A stretch of 64,000 nucleotides of DNA, taken from the NCBI GenBank assembly GCA_034530615.2, contig JAVRCV020000049.1:224001-288000 (forward strand). The letters are read 5' to 3'. The translations under genes and the position numbers were made by a program. The notes under the pieces are model-generated. The model worked only from the letters and a program-made list of their open reading frames with translations. It did not search any database and was not told where the DNA came from. This stretch comes from Aulosira sp. ZfuVER01. GTDB taxonomy: Bacteria; Cyanobacteriota; Cyanobacteriia; Cyanobacteriales; Nostocaceae. Shown here piece after piece: positions 10,921 through 20,774 of this stretch (position 1 is the first letter of the stretch; every line of letters starts with the position of its first letter).

Positions 10921-11949
10921 ATGACTCAGGTGCAACAAACGACAATTGAAGGTATTTACGAAGTATGCATTGGAATTACAGAGCCAATTTCTGCAATTCA
11001 ATATTGGGAGCAATTTGGTTATCGCATTGGTGAAACGGGTGAACTATCCGCAGATGTAGCAAATCAATTATATAAAGTAAATTCACCTTTACGCTCGATC
11101 CGCCTTTACCATCAAAATGCCGATCATGGATTAATTCGGTTGATGATTTGGCAAAATCCCACAAATCAGGGATTAGGAACAGGGTCGATGAAAATAAAGG
11201 GAAATCGTTGGGCGACTGCTTTAACTGCTGATGCGTTAACTATTTTAAATCATGCAGAAGAAGCAAAAGCCGCAGGTTGGGATATTAGGTACACCAATCC
11301 TTACTGGGAAATTATCTACAACAAAGAAAGAAAAAGCCGACCTTTTATCGATCCGGCGGTTGGGGTGCGAGAAATGTTGTTATTGCAACCCTTAGCTAGA
11401 CAAGTTTTATTTCAACGCTTTGGTTATACACTGCCACATTATGGGCAAATCAACCAAAATGCTGCATTCAAGACTAGTCAGTTTACCCACATGGGGTTAA
11501 TTGTTCAGGATGACAGCAAGGAAATTCTGAAATTTTACGAAGACGTTTTAGGCTTGCTGCGGGTGCGTGATGATGTCGAGACTAGCTATGAATCTTCATT
11601 AGCAGGTCGGGATCTTTTTGACCTCAACCCTGGTGAAAAATTTATTGTTACCGCTTTTGATGACCCACGTTCTTCTGTGTCTGACTTCACGGCGGCGCGT
11701 AGTGGCAGACTTTATATTGTGCGATTTCCAGATGCGATAAATTTAGAGTCGCGGTTTGAAGCCGCACAACCAGGTAGCTTAGGAATGTCGTTATATACCT
11801 ACCGCGTGCGAGGAATTGAAACATATTGCGATCGCATTAGACAAAGTTCAGCACAAAATATAACTAACTTAGTCACCAATGAATTTGGCGAAATGAGTTT
11901 CTCCTTCATTGCACCCGATGGCTACTTCTGGACTTTGGTAGAAGCTTGA
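10921..11949 (+). CDS. VOC (glyoxalase-like) family protein
   Basis: FTHMGLIV...FYEDVLGL and C-terminal FIAPDGYFWTLVE. Confidence 0.8.
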   Translation: MTQVQQTTIEGIYEVCIGITEPISAIQYWEQFGYRIGETGELSADVANQLYKVNSPLRSIRLYHQNADHGLIRLMIWQNPTNQGLGTGSMKIKGNRWATALTADALTILNHAEEAKAAGWDIRYTNPYWEIIYNKERKSRPFIDPAVGVREMLLLQPLARQVLFQRFGYTLPHYGQINQNAAFKTSQFTHMGLIVQDDSKEILKFYEDVLGLLRVRDDVETSYESSLAGRDLFDLNPGEKFIVTAFDDPRSSVSDFTAARSGRLYIVRFPDAINLESRFEAAQPGSLGMSLYTYRVRGIETYCDRIRQSSAQNITNLVTNEFGEMSFSFIAPDGYFWTLVEA

Positions 11950-11978
11950 GAGAAGGAAGATGAGGGGGAGAATAACAA

Positions 11979-12578
11979 ATGCCAAAATTAACAAAGCGAT
12001 CGCTGATGCTAATTTTACTAGCTTTGGTATCTGCCCTATTGCTAGCAATAACATCTACAGCTATCAGTATTTATGTGTATGGTAATAAAATTAATCATAA
12101 TCAGGCAGAAGCAGCAATTGTTTTAGGTGCAGCAGTTTGGGGAAAAGAACCATCTCCGGTTTTTAGAGAACGAATTAATCATGCTATTAATTTGTATAAA
12201 AATCAGGATGTTAATAAGATAATTTTTACTGGCGGAGTTGGCGAAAGTAATGAACCTGCTGAAGCTGTAGTTGGAAAACGCTATGCTTTAGCACGCAAAG
12301 TAAAATTAAATGATATTCTCACTGAAACGGAATCGCGAACTACTTACCAAAATCTCAAAAATGCTCGTTCAGTAGCATTTACTTCCCAAATAAATAAGTT
12401 TCTCATTGTTAGCGATCCATTACACATGAAACGGGCTGTAATGATGGCAAGAAATTTAGGAATGGATGCATATCCATCACCCACACCTACCACTCGCTAT
12501 AGTACTTTCCGTAGTCAAATTGACTTTCTTATACGAGAGACTTTTTTTTACTTTGTCTATCTCGTGTTTAAAATTTAA
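11979..12578 (+). CDS. YdcF/DUF218 family protein
   Basis: AIVLGAA, IIFTGG, SRTTYQN and VSDPLHMKRA motifs; N-terminal TM helix. Confidence 0.88.
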   Translation: MPKLTKRSLMLILLALVSALLLAITSTAISIYVYGNKINHNQAEAAIVLGAAVWGKEPSPVFRERINHAINLYKNQDVNKIIFTGGVGESNEPAEAVVGKRYALARKVKLNDILTETESRTTYQNLKNARSVAFTSQINKFLIVSDPLHMKRAVMMARNLGMDAYPSPTPTTRYSTFRSQIDFLIRETFFYFVYLVFKI

Positions 12579-12670
12579 CTATTAAATTTTTTGCCTAATT
12601 GTCAGCAGCTTCAACCCGGAACATAGGTCAGAAGACTTGAAATAATTAGCAAAAGATCCAACCAAAAAAT

Positions 12671-13207
12671 ATGTTGATGAGAATTTGGGCTGTTACTGTT
12701 GTACTAACTTCTTCTTGGTTAATAACTGGTGTCATAGCTGCTGAACCAATCAAAGCTGTAGCAGCTTCTCCACAAAGCGATGCTCAACCAATTATTGTCA
12801 ATAAAGCAGATTTTGGGGTACAGCGAAAGGATTCCCAAGGTAAAGAAACTTTTATCCCCACTTTTAGAGTGCCACTTCAAGAAGGAAACAAATACGGTTG
12901 GCAAATTCAACTAAAAAATTACAAGGGTGCAGTGACTTGGAGAGAAGTTCTACGATTACCAAAACGTCCAGAAACTTGGGGTGTAGATGGTGGACAAGAC
13001 CTGGCAATCTCCCCAGATGGCAAAGAAGCCGTGACAAAGCGCACACAAAATACTACTGATGGGGTGATTAAAAATTTCTGGACGATCGCACCTGGCGACC
13101 CAGATGGTAAGCATAAGATACAGGTCTATATTGATGACCGCCTGATTGCTGCTTTTGAGTTTGAAATTGTGCCTTTGAAAAAGCCAAAAGCAGAAGGCAG
13201 AATCTAG
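12671..13207 (+). CDS. Hypothetical secreted protein
   Basis: Signal peptide; beta-rich body ending GDPDGKHKIQVYIDD. Confidence 0.75.
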   Translation: MLMRIWAVTVVLTSSWLITGVIAAEPIKAVAASPQSDAQPIIVNKADFGVQRKDSQGKETFIPTFRVPLQEGNKYGWQIQLKNYKGAVTWREVLRLPKRPETWGVDGGQDLAISPDGKEAVTKRTQNTTDGVIKNFWTIAPGDPDGKHKIQVYIDDRLIAAFEFEIVPLKKPKAEGRI

Positions 13208-13375
13208 ATCGATGTAGTGTCGTAACTGCAAATAAAGCCCAAATTGTCACAAAGGCTTTACGCTAAACATCTGGAAGCATAGCCTGGATAATTTTGGCTG
13301 CTTCCAGATGCAACAGCCTCTTAACCGACAGAGGCGATGTCTAGCGACAAGCCGCTTTGCGTCTACGCAATTTTG

Positions 13376-13762
13376 CTAAACCTCAATTTTATAATCGAGT
13401 TCATGTTCATCCCCCGGTAGCCCACGAAAACCCCAATTATGCTTGGGATTCTCGAAGATTGTAATCTCTAAATCTTGGGAAGTGATACCTACTGAGAGCG
13501 ATCGCTCAAACAACAGCCGGATCAATTGTTTTTTTGCTGCTACACTCCGCCCTTCAATCATACTGAACTCGATGATGGTATAACGGTCAGTACGCCCAGA
13601 TGGGTAGTAAAAATCTGACTTATCTAACGGAAAAAAGCGATGTGCCCGCTTATTTGCGGGATACTGTAATGCTTCCATCATACAAGTATGAATTACATCC
13701 GAAAGCTGCTGTTTGATGGGGTTAAGATAATCCCGTATTCCGTAAATCTTGACTTGAACCAT
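13376..13762 (-). CDS. Tautomerase family protein
   Basis: GRSVAAKKQLIRLL...ENPKHNWG pattern of YrdN/Tautomerase_2 proteins. Confidence 0.85.
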   Translation of the reverse strand: MVQVKIYGIRDYLNPIKQQLSDVIHTCMMEALQYPANKRAHRFFPLDKSDFYYPSGRTDRYTIIEFSMIEGRSVAAKKQLIRLLFERSLSVGITSQDLEITIFENPKHNWGFRGLPGDEHELDYKIEV

Positions 13763-13913
13763 ACTTTATTCTCTTTTTCACGATCGCGGTTAACTTTCTT
13801 AACTAAAATTACTTTTAAACCAGTGTTATTGAATGAACTAATAACTTTGATACTCTAGCTCCTCGAAATTTTACTTAATCAATAGTTGTTTTTATTGAGT
13901 AACCTAAAATTTA

Positions 13914-13956
13914 GTATCAAAGATAACAATTTAATGGTTAAATATCAAACTAATAT
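13914..13956 (+). promoter_or_regulatory. NtcA-activated promoter of urtA
   Basis: GTATCAAAGATAAC (GTA-N8-AAC, a near match to GTAN8TAC) with a TAATAT -10 box 23 nt downstream. Confidence 0.75.
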
Positions 13957-14027
13957 CACAGTTTAAAGCTCGATCTAGCGAACTTTCTAGCAGCTAGCTG
14001 ATTCATTGGAGGAAAATTAACAACTAT

Positions 14028-15332
14028 ATGAGTAGACTTAACCGACGTAGGTTTTTGATTTACAGCTCTGCAACTATTGGTAGTAGCATCTTTCTAAAGG
14101 CTTGCGTCAATAATTCTCCCAGCACTACGACGAACACCCCGACTGCTGCTCCTGTGGCTGCTGCTACTGGTGACAAAATCAAAATAGGTATTCTGCACTC
14201 CCTCAGTGGCACAATGGCTATTAGTGAAAAAAGTGTCGTCGATGCTGAGAAATTAGCTATCAAAGAAATTAACGCCGCTGGTGGTGTTTTAGGTAAACAA
14301 ATTGAAGCAATTGTCGAAGATGGTGCTTCTAACTGGGATACCTTTAGAGAAAAAGCCACCAAGTTGATCGATCAAGATAAAGTAGCTGTAGTTTTTGGCT
14401 GTTGGACTTCAGCTAGCCGCAAAAATGTTAAACCAGTCTTTGAAAGTAAAGACCACATGCTGTGGTATCCCGTGCAGTATGAAGGTCAAGAGTGTTCTAA
14501 AAACATTTTTTACACAGGTGCAGCACCAAATCAACAAATTGAACCTTCTGTTGATTGGTTGTTAAAAAATAAAGGCAAAGAATTCTTTTTAGTAGGCTCG
14601 GACTACGTTTTCCCTCGGACTGCTAACACGATTATAAAAGCCCAATTAGAAGCTCTAGGTGGAAAAACAGTTGGTGAAGATTACTTACCCTTGGGTAATA
14701 CAGAAGTTACACCAATCATCACAAAAATTAAGCAAAATTTGCCCAACGGTGGGGTAATTTATAACACATTGAATGGTGATAGCAATGTAGCATTCTTCAA
14801 ACAATTGAAAGGTGCTGGATTAACACCAGACAAATATCCTTCTATGTCGGTAAGTATTGCCGAAGAAGAAGTTAAGGCAATTGGTGTTGAATATCTAAAA
14901 GGTCACTACGCTGCTTGGAATTACTTCCAAACAGTAGACACTCCTGCTAATAAGAAATTTGTCGAAGCTTTTAAAAAAGAATATGGTGCTGACCGGGTAA
15001 CAAATGACCCAATGGAAGCTGCATATATCGCCGTTTATTTGTGGAAGCAAGCAGCAGAAAAAGCAGGTAGTCCTGACTTAGCTAAAGTGCGTGCTGCGGC
15101 TTATGGTCAAACCATCGATGCACCAGAAGGCAAAGTGACAGTAAATGCTAATCATCACATATCCAAAGTAGTGCGGATTGGTCAAGTTAGAGATGATGGT
15201 TTGTTTAATATTGTCTATGCTACACCTGCACCAGTTGACCCAGTTCCTTGGAATCAATTTGTGAAAGAGACTAAGGGATTTGCTTGTGATTGGTCAGATC
15301 CAGCTAAGGGTGGTAAGTACAAAAAAGCTTAA
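14028..15332 (+). CDS. urtA: Urea ABC transporter substrate-binding lipoprotein
   Basis: RRRFL Tat-like signal; ILHSLSGTMAISE, FGCWTSASRK, YPVQYEGQE and GSDYVFPR motifs. Confidence 0.97.
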   Translation: MSRLNRRRFLIYSSATIGSSIFLKACVNNSPSTTTNTPTAAPVAAATGDKIKIGILHSLSGTMAISEKSVVDAEKLAIKEINAAGGVLGKQIEAIVEDGASNWDTFREKATKLIDQDKVAVVFGCWTSASRKNVKPVFESKDHMLWYPVQYEGQECSKNIFYTGAAPNQQIEPSVDWLLKNKGKEFFLVGSDYVFPRTANTIIKAQLEALGGKTVGEDYLPLGNTEVTPIITKIKQNLPNGGVIYNTLNGDSNVAFFKQLKGAGLTPDKYPSMSVSIAEEEVKAIGVEYLKGHYAAWNYFQTVDTPANKKFVEAFKKEYGADRVTNDPMEAAYIAVYLWKQAAEKAGSPDLAKVRAAAYGQTIDAPEGKVTVNANHHISKVVRIGQVRDDGLFNIVYATPAPVDPVPWNQFVKETKGFACDWSDPAKGGKYKKA

Positions 15333-15469
15333 GCAAAGATAATTCGCAATTCGTGAGGGAGTTGCCGTCTTGGCGCTTTGCGTCGATGGCAAACTCCCGA
15401 ACCCGAAGGGTAATTCGTAATTAATTACCAATTACGAATTATTCTGTTAGTAGCTTCGGAGAAAAATAC

Positions 15470-16630
15470 GTGTTAACTGGTTTTTTAGATGCTGTATTTA
15501 ATGGTACAAGCATCGGTTCTGTGTTATTAATTGCTGCCTTGGGATTAGCCATTATCTTTGGCTTAATGGGTGTGATTAATATGGCGCATGGCGAATTGAT
15601 GATGTTTGGAGCTTATACAACATTTGTTGTACAGAATGGCTGTAAACAATTAGGCGGATTTTGGTTTGAAATTTATATATTTTTGGCTTTAATCGTTGCT
15701 TTCATTTTCACGGCATTGATTGGTTTAATTCTAGAAAGAGGTGTGATTCGTTACCTCTATGGCCGACCACTAGAAACTCTGCTAGCAACTTGGGGAGTCA
15801 GTTTGATTTTTCAGCAGTTTGTGCGGAGTGTGAATTGGGTATTATTTATTGGCTTGATATTGTTTTGTTTGTTGTTTTTTGGTGGTTTATGGTTTTTAAA
15901 TTCCCGCACAAATTTAGAGAGAATTCGTAACTGGGTTGTAGGAGCGATTTTCTTGCTATCTTTGGGCATAACGATTACCACCAGCAATTTATTGAGTCAA
16001 ACTTATCAGCTAGCGGCCACTAAACCTTGGTTTGGCGCACAAAATCTTGATGTAACCGCACCTAGTTGGTTACAAACTGGTATATCTTTAGGCGGGGTGC
16101 AATTACCATTTGCCAGGTTATTTATTATTGCTTTGACAGCAATTTGTGTAGGGGGAATTTATCTCTTCTTACAGCGTTCTAACTGGGGATTAAAAATTAG
16201 GGCTGTTACCCAAAACCGCAGTATGAGTGCTTGTTTAGGTATCCCCACTCAAAAAGTTGATGCGATCGCATTTGCTTTGGGTTCTGGTTTAGCTGGTGTG
16301 GCTGGGTGTGCAATTAGTTTATTAGGTTCTGTGGGGCCTAATACCGGGCAAAATTACATTATCGACACATTTATGGTTGTGGTTGTCGGTGGTGTGGGTA
16401 ATTTAGCGGGTACTATTGTCGCTGCTTTAGGAATTGGTACAGCGAACTTTTTAATTGGTTCTGGAACTATAGCTTTGTTGTTGTCTCCTGTGAAGCCTTT
16501 AGCGGACTTTTTGACGTTTTTTGCAACAACAAGTATGGCCAAGGTGATGGTATTTCTACTGATTATTGTGTTTTTACAGTGGAAGCCTGCGGGGATGTTT
16601 CCGCAGAAAGGCCGGACTGTTGATGTTTAA
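15470..16630 (+). CDS. urtB: Urea ABC transporter permease
   Basis: FGLMGVINMAHGE, LYGRPLETLLATWG and PQKGR motifs. Confidence 0.95.
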   Translation: MLTGFLDAVFNGTSIGSVLLIAALGLAIIFGLMGVINMAHGELMMFGAYTTFVVQNGCKQLGGFWFEIYIFLALIVAFIFTALIGLILERGVIRYLYGRPLETLLATWGVSLIFQQFVRSVNWVLFIGLILFCLLFFGGLWFLNSRTNLERIRNWVVGAIFLLSLGITITTSNLLSQTYQLAATKPWFGAQNLDVTAPSWLQTGISLGGVQLPFARLFIIALTAICVGGIYLFLQRSNWGLKIRAVTQNRSMSACLGIPTQKVDAIAFALGSGLAGVAGCAISLLGSVGPNTGQNYIIDTFMVVVVGGVGNLAGTIVAALGIGTANFLIGSGTIALLLSPVKPLADFLTFFATTSMAKVMVFLLIIVFLQWKPAGMFPQKGRTVDV

Positions 16631-16651
16631 TATCACGCAGAGGCGCAGAGG

Positions 16652-17773
16652 ATGAAGCAAAAGAGGCGAAGATTAATCTTAATTGAGGCTGGGGTGGTGG
16701 TGGCGATCGCACTCATCCTGATTGTAATAATGCCAGTGGTGCTGTCAGAGTTTCGCTTGAATTTATTGGGGCGATTTTTGTCACTGGCGATTGTGGCTTT
16801 AGGTATTGATTTGATTTGGGGTTATACTGGCTTACTCAGTTTGGGACATGGTATTTTCTTTGGTCTGGGTGGATATGCGATCGCAATGTACCTAAAACTG
16901 CAAGTCCCACAAGGTGAGTTACCTGATTTCATGGGACTGTATGGTGTCACCGAACTTCCCTGGTTTTGGCGACCTTTTTATTCTTTCCCCGTAGCAGTAG
17001 CGGCTGTAGTCATCATTCCTGGGTTGCTGGCGGGATTGCTGGGATATTTAGTATTCCGCAATCGCATTAAGGGAGTTTACTTTTCAATTTTGACTCAAGC
17101 CGCAATTATCGTATTTTTCAACTTTTTTAACGGTCAACAACAATTTTTTAATGGGACAAATGGACTGATAGATTTCACAACATTGTTTGGTGCAACTGTC
17201 AGTTCGCCGCAAACAAAATTTATTTTCTACACACTCACAGTATTGTTTCTCGCCGCTACCTATGGGATTTGTCGCTGGTTAACAAGTGGACGTTTTGGAC
17301 GACTTTTAATAGCGATTCGAGATGATGAAAGCCGGGTAAGATTTTCTGGTTATGACCCTACAGATTTTAAAACATTAGTGTTTGCAGTTTCCGGTGCGAT
17401 CGCAGGCATAGCAGGAGCATTTTACACCCTGCAAAGTGGTTCCGTCTCACCCAGAGCAATGGATATTGCTTTTTCCATTGAAATGGTGATTTGGGTAGCC
17501 GTAGGAGGCCGTGCGACATTAATCGGCGCAATTGTGGGAACTTTATTAGTTAATTATGCTCGTGCTATTTTAAGCGAGCAATTTTCGGAAATTTGGCTAT
17601 TTTTCCAAGGCGCACTCTTTTTAATTGTCGTCACCGTCCTTCCTGACGGACTAGTAGGATGGTTGCGTAGTCAAAACATTGCTATTTTCAAACGTCCTCA
17701 AGAAATTTCTACATATCCCAGCTTGGAAGAAGATCCGGAAGTGCAACATGAACGCCAAAATCTTGGAAACTGA
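16652..17773 (+). CDS. urtC: Urea ABC transporter permease
   Basis: DLIWGYTGLLSLGHG, KGVYFSILTQA and AIRDDESRVRFSGY motifs. Confidence 0.95.
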   Translation: MKQKRRRLILIEAGVVVAIALILIVIMPVVLSEFRLNLLGRFLSLAIVALGIDLIWGYTGLLSLGHGIFFGLGGYAIAMYLKLQVPQGELPDFMGLYGVTELPWFWRPFYSFPVAVAAVVIIPGLLAGLLGYLVFRNRIKGVYFSILTQAAIIVFFNFFNGQQQFFNGTNGLIDFTTLFGATVSSPQTKFIFYTLTVLFLAATYGICRWLTSGRFGRLLIAIRDDESRVRFSGYDPTDFKTLVFAVSGAIAGIAGAFYTLQSGSVSPRAMDIAFSIEMVIWVAVGGRATLIGAIVGTLLVNYARAILSEQFSEIWLFFQGALFLIVVTVLPDGLVGWLRSQNIAIFKRPQEISTYPSLEEDPEVQHERQNLGN

Positions 17774-18494
17774 AAACGTCACTGTCAGTTTTGATGGTTT
17801 TAAAGCACTCAACCAGCTAAATTTTAGTATGGATGTGGGAGAATTGCGAGTAGTGATTGGCCCTAACGGTGCTGGTAAAACCACATTTCTTGATGTGATT
17901 ACAGGTAAAGTACAACCAACAGTAGGAAGAGTTTTATTTAAAGGTAAAAACTTACGTTCTATACCTGAACATCAAATTGCACGGCGAGGAATTGGGCGCA
18001 AATTTCAAACACCTAGAGTTTATCTCAACTTAACACCAAGAGAAAATTTAGAAATTACCAGCAACCGTAATAAGAATGTTTTTTCGACATTGTTTGGGCG
18101 TTCTCATACCACTGAACAGAAGAGTATTACAGGGCTATTAGAAACCATCGGTTTAACTTCTAAAGCAGACATCCCAGCTGCCTTATTATCCCACGGCGAA
18201 AAGCAACGTTTAGAAATTGGAATGTTAGTAGGACAGTCACCAGACTTATTACTTGTAGATGAACCAGTCGCAGGTTTAACCGATGAAGAAACATATAACA
18301 TCGGCGAACTACTTTTAACCTTAGCGCAGAGTCATTCAATTTTAGTGATTGAACATGACATGGAATTTGTACGTCAAATTGCCAAAAAAGTCACAGTTTT
18401 ACATGAAGGTACGGTACTGTGTGAAGGCAATTTTGAAGAAGTGCAAAATGATTCTCGCGTGATTGAAGTATATTTAGGAAAACAGGAAGTATGA
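17748..18494 (+). CDS. urtD: Urea ABC transporter ATP-binding protein
   Basis: GPNGAGKT, GRKFQTP, LSHGEKQ and DEPVAG motifs; start moved to ATG 17748. Confidence 0.95.
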   Translation: MNAKILETENVTVSFDGFKALNQLNFSMDVGELRVVIGPNGAGKTTFLDVITGKVQPTVGRVLFKGKNLRSIPEHQIARRGIGRKFQTPRVYLNLTPRENLEITSNRNKNVFSTLFGRSHTTEQKSITGLLETIGLTSKADIPAALLSHGEKQRLEIGMLVGQSPDLLLVDEPVAGLTDEETYNIGELLLTLAQSHSILVIEHDMEFVRQIAKKVTVLHEGTVLCEGNFEEVQNDSRVIEVYLGKQEV

Positions 18495-18529
18495 ATTGGG
18501 GACTGGGGACTGAGAAGATGATAAACAAA

Positions 18530-18635
18530 TGTCTGGATCGCGGATTTTGACGGATTTTAAGATTACGCAGATTTTAAGATTACAACACCATTCCATAATC
18601 TGTGTTATCCCGTAATCCATCTAATCCGTGAGACA
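18530..18635. repeat. Imperfect palindrome of roughly 9-nt CGGATT-type units, 3' flank of the GxxExxY gene
   Basis: CGGATTTTGACGGATTTTAAGATTACGCAGATT pairs with AATCTGTGTTATCCCGTAATCCATCTAATCCG. Confidence 0.75.
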
Positions 18636-18643
18636 TTTTTCGC

Positions 18644-19021
18644 TCATCTAACCAACCGCTTAAAAGTCATACTTTTACTTCCAAAATTAATTAACAAACC
18701 AACCTCCAACTTATATGCTTTCAAATAATTCAAAGCTTGAGCTAAATGCACATCTTCAAGATTAATAACAGCCTTTAACTCAACCAATACCTTCCTCTCA
18801 ACAACAAAATCAGCCCTGCGAGTCCCAATCGGTTTATCCAAATCCTTATAAAAAATACTCTGTTCAATTTCACGCACAAACTGTAATCCTACTTGGCTCA
18901 TTTCGTGAGCCAAAGCCCTTTGATAAATTACTTCCTGAAACCCATTACCCAAAAACTTATGAACCTCAAAACTAGCCCCGATAATTTTCTGAGTAATATC
19001 AGCATACTTCAAACCCTCCAT
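18644..19021 (-). CDS. GxxExxY protein (PD-(D/E)XK nuclease-like)
   Basis: HKFLGNGFQEVIY, RADFVVE...VELKA, AQALNYLK and GLLINFG motifs. Confidence 0.93.
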   Translation of the reverse strand: MEGLKYADITQKIIGASFEVHKFLGNGFQEVIYQRALAHEMSQVGLQFVREIEQSIFYKDLDKPIGTRRADFVVERKVLVELKAVINLEDVHLAQALNYLKAYKLEVGLLINFGSKSMTFKRLVR

Positions 19022-19033
19022 ACAACACACTCA

Positions 19034-19129
19034 ATCACGAATTAAACAGATTTAAAGATTACAGCGATTTTATCTTTCAATACGATCCAAAAAAATCAGT
19101 GACATCCCGTAATCCGTAAAATCCGTGAT
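19034..19129. repeat. Second imperfect palindrome, 5' flank of the GxxExxY gene
   Basis: ATCACGAATT...GATTTT pairs with AAAATC...CCCGTAATCCGTAAAATCCGTGAT; shares ATCCCGTAATCC with the other flank. Confidence 0.75.
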
Positions 19130-19152
19130 AACTAATAGTAGAAAATTATTTT

Positions 19153-19851
19153 ATGCTAAAAATCTCTAACCTTAACGTTTACTACGGCGAAAGCCACATT
19201 CTCCGCAATGTAGATTTAACTGTACCAGCAGGGCAAATGATTTGCCTAATTGGACGCAATGGTGTAGGTAAAACAACCCTACTTAAAACTATTATGGGGT
19301 TACTTAAACCGCGCAGTGGCACAATTAACTTAGCTGGGAATTTAATTAACTCCAAATCACCAGACCAAAGGGCAAAAATGGGAATTGGTTATGTTCCCCA
19401 AGGACGAGAAATTATTCCCCGTTTGACAGTTAAAGAAAATCTGCTATTGGGATTAGAAGCTAGGCAGAAACAGGTTAAAAAAGCTGAAATTCCAGAAGAA
19501 ATTTTTAGCTTATTTCCGGTGTTGAAAACCATGTTATCGCGGATGGGTGGTGATTTAAGTGGCGGCCAGCAACAACAATTAGCGATCGCGCGTGCTTTAA
19601 TGGGACAGCCGCAATTACTCGTCTTGGATGAACCTACCGAAGGTATTCAACCCTCAATCATCCTCGAAATTGAAGCAGCCGTTCGCCGCATTATTGAAAC
19701 TACAGGCATTTCTGTTTTACTGGTAGAACAACACTTACACTTTGTCCGACAAGCTGATTATTATTACGCCATGCAAAAAGGCGCTATTGTTGCCTCTGGT
19801 TCAACCGATGAACTTAGTCAGGATGTGATTCAAAGGTTTTTGGCGGTTTAA
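19153..19851 (+). CDS. urtE: Urea ABC transporter ATP-binding protein
   Basis: YYGESHILR, GRNGVGKT, YVPQGRE, LSGGQQQQ and DEPTEGIQPS motifs. Confidence 0.96.
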   Translation: MLKISNLNVYYGESHILRNVDLTVPAGQMICLIGRNGVGKTTLLKTIMGLLKPRSGTINLAGNLINSKSPDQRAKMGIGYVPQGREIIPRLTVKENLLLGLEARQKQVKKAEIPEEIFSLFPVLKTMLSRMGGDLSGGQQQQLAIARALMGQPQLLVLDEPTEGIQPSIILEIEAAVRRIIETTGISVLLVEQHLHFVRQADYYYAMQKGAIVASGSTDELSQDVIQRFLAV

Positions 19852-19937
19852 TATTATTGGGCAATGCCCCATTAAATCACTCACCGCCAAAACACGCAGT
19901 ATCTTTAAGATAGAGAGTTGATACTGTTTGAGTAGCA

Positions 19938-20261
19938 ATGGTGACTTTAGCCGAATTTCAGCAGTTAATCGAAAAACAGAGCTTATGTCCGGAGATAGTA
20001 CCAAAAGCTCTACAAGCTCTGTTTTATGAGAGAAAAGGTAATTGGGGCAAAGCTCATGAAATAGTGCAAAATGCCAGCGATGCAGACAGTGCTTGGGTTC
20101 ATGCCTATTTACACCGCAAAGAAGGCGATTTGAGCAATGCTCGTTACTGGTATCGACGCAGCAATCAGCCAGAGTTTTCTGGAGGACTCAACCAGGAATG
20201 GGAAGAGATTACTTCTTGTTTACTAAATAAGGTGAAAGAAGCATGGACGCAGAAGAATTGA
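19938..20261 (+). CDS. Conserved hypothetical protein
   Basis: AHEIVQ...AWVHAYLHRKEGDLSNARYWY pattern. Confidence 0.8.
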   Translation: MVTLAEFQQLIEKQSLCPEIVPKALQALFYERKGNWGKAHEIVQNASDADSAWVHAYLHRKEGDLSNARYWYRRSNQPEFSGGLNQEWEEITSCLLNKVKEAWTQKN

Positions 20262-20611
20262 TCCGACGTTATGCTGGAGGAGAGAGATATTTTCCCGCCG
20301 CCAATTTAATTAAAGCCAAGTTAATTGGAGCCGATTTACCTGGAGTCAATTTCTGGGGAGCAGACTTGAGTGGAGCTAACTTAGCTAAAGCTAAACTATG
20401 GGGATCGGACTTGAGTAGAACTAACCTGGCAAAAGCAAACTTAACCAGAGCAAATTTAAGTGGTGTGAAGCTGAATGAAGCGAATCTCCGGGGAGCCAAG
20501 CTGAATTATGCCAAGATGTATGGAGCTGATTTAAGTGGAGCTTACTACGATGAAAGTACCAAATTTCCTATAGGTTTTGACCCAGTTAGTAGGAATATGC
20601 GAAAGTTTTAA
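20243..20611 (+). CDS. Pentapeptide repeat protein
   Basis: A(D/N)Lxx repeats after MDAEELIRRYAGGERYF. Confidence 0.9.
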   Translation: MDAEELIRRYAGGERYFPAANLIKAKLIGADLPGVNFWGADLSGANLAKAKLWGSDLSRTNLAKANLTRANLSGVKLNEANLRGAKLNYAKMYGADLSGAYYDESTKFPIGFDPVSRNMRKF

Positions 20612-20774
20612 AAGCTTTTTGTCCCCACTCAAATATTTACTTTCGGCTGTATTGGTAGTGAGTGATACTTATACCATTTATACATGAAGATAGATGCACT
20701 AAACAGAGAATTAGTATTAAGCCTTTGTCAATAGCATTTTTACGATTTGTCCTATTTGGGGTATTAATTAAGCA

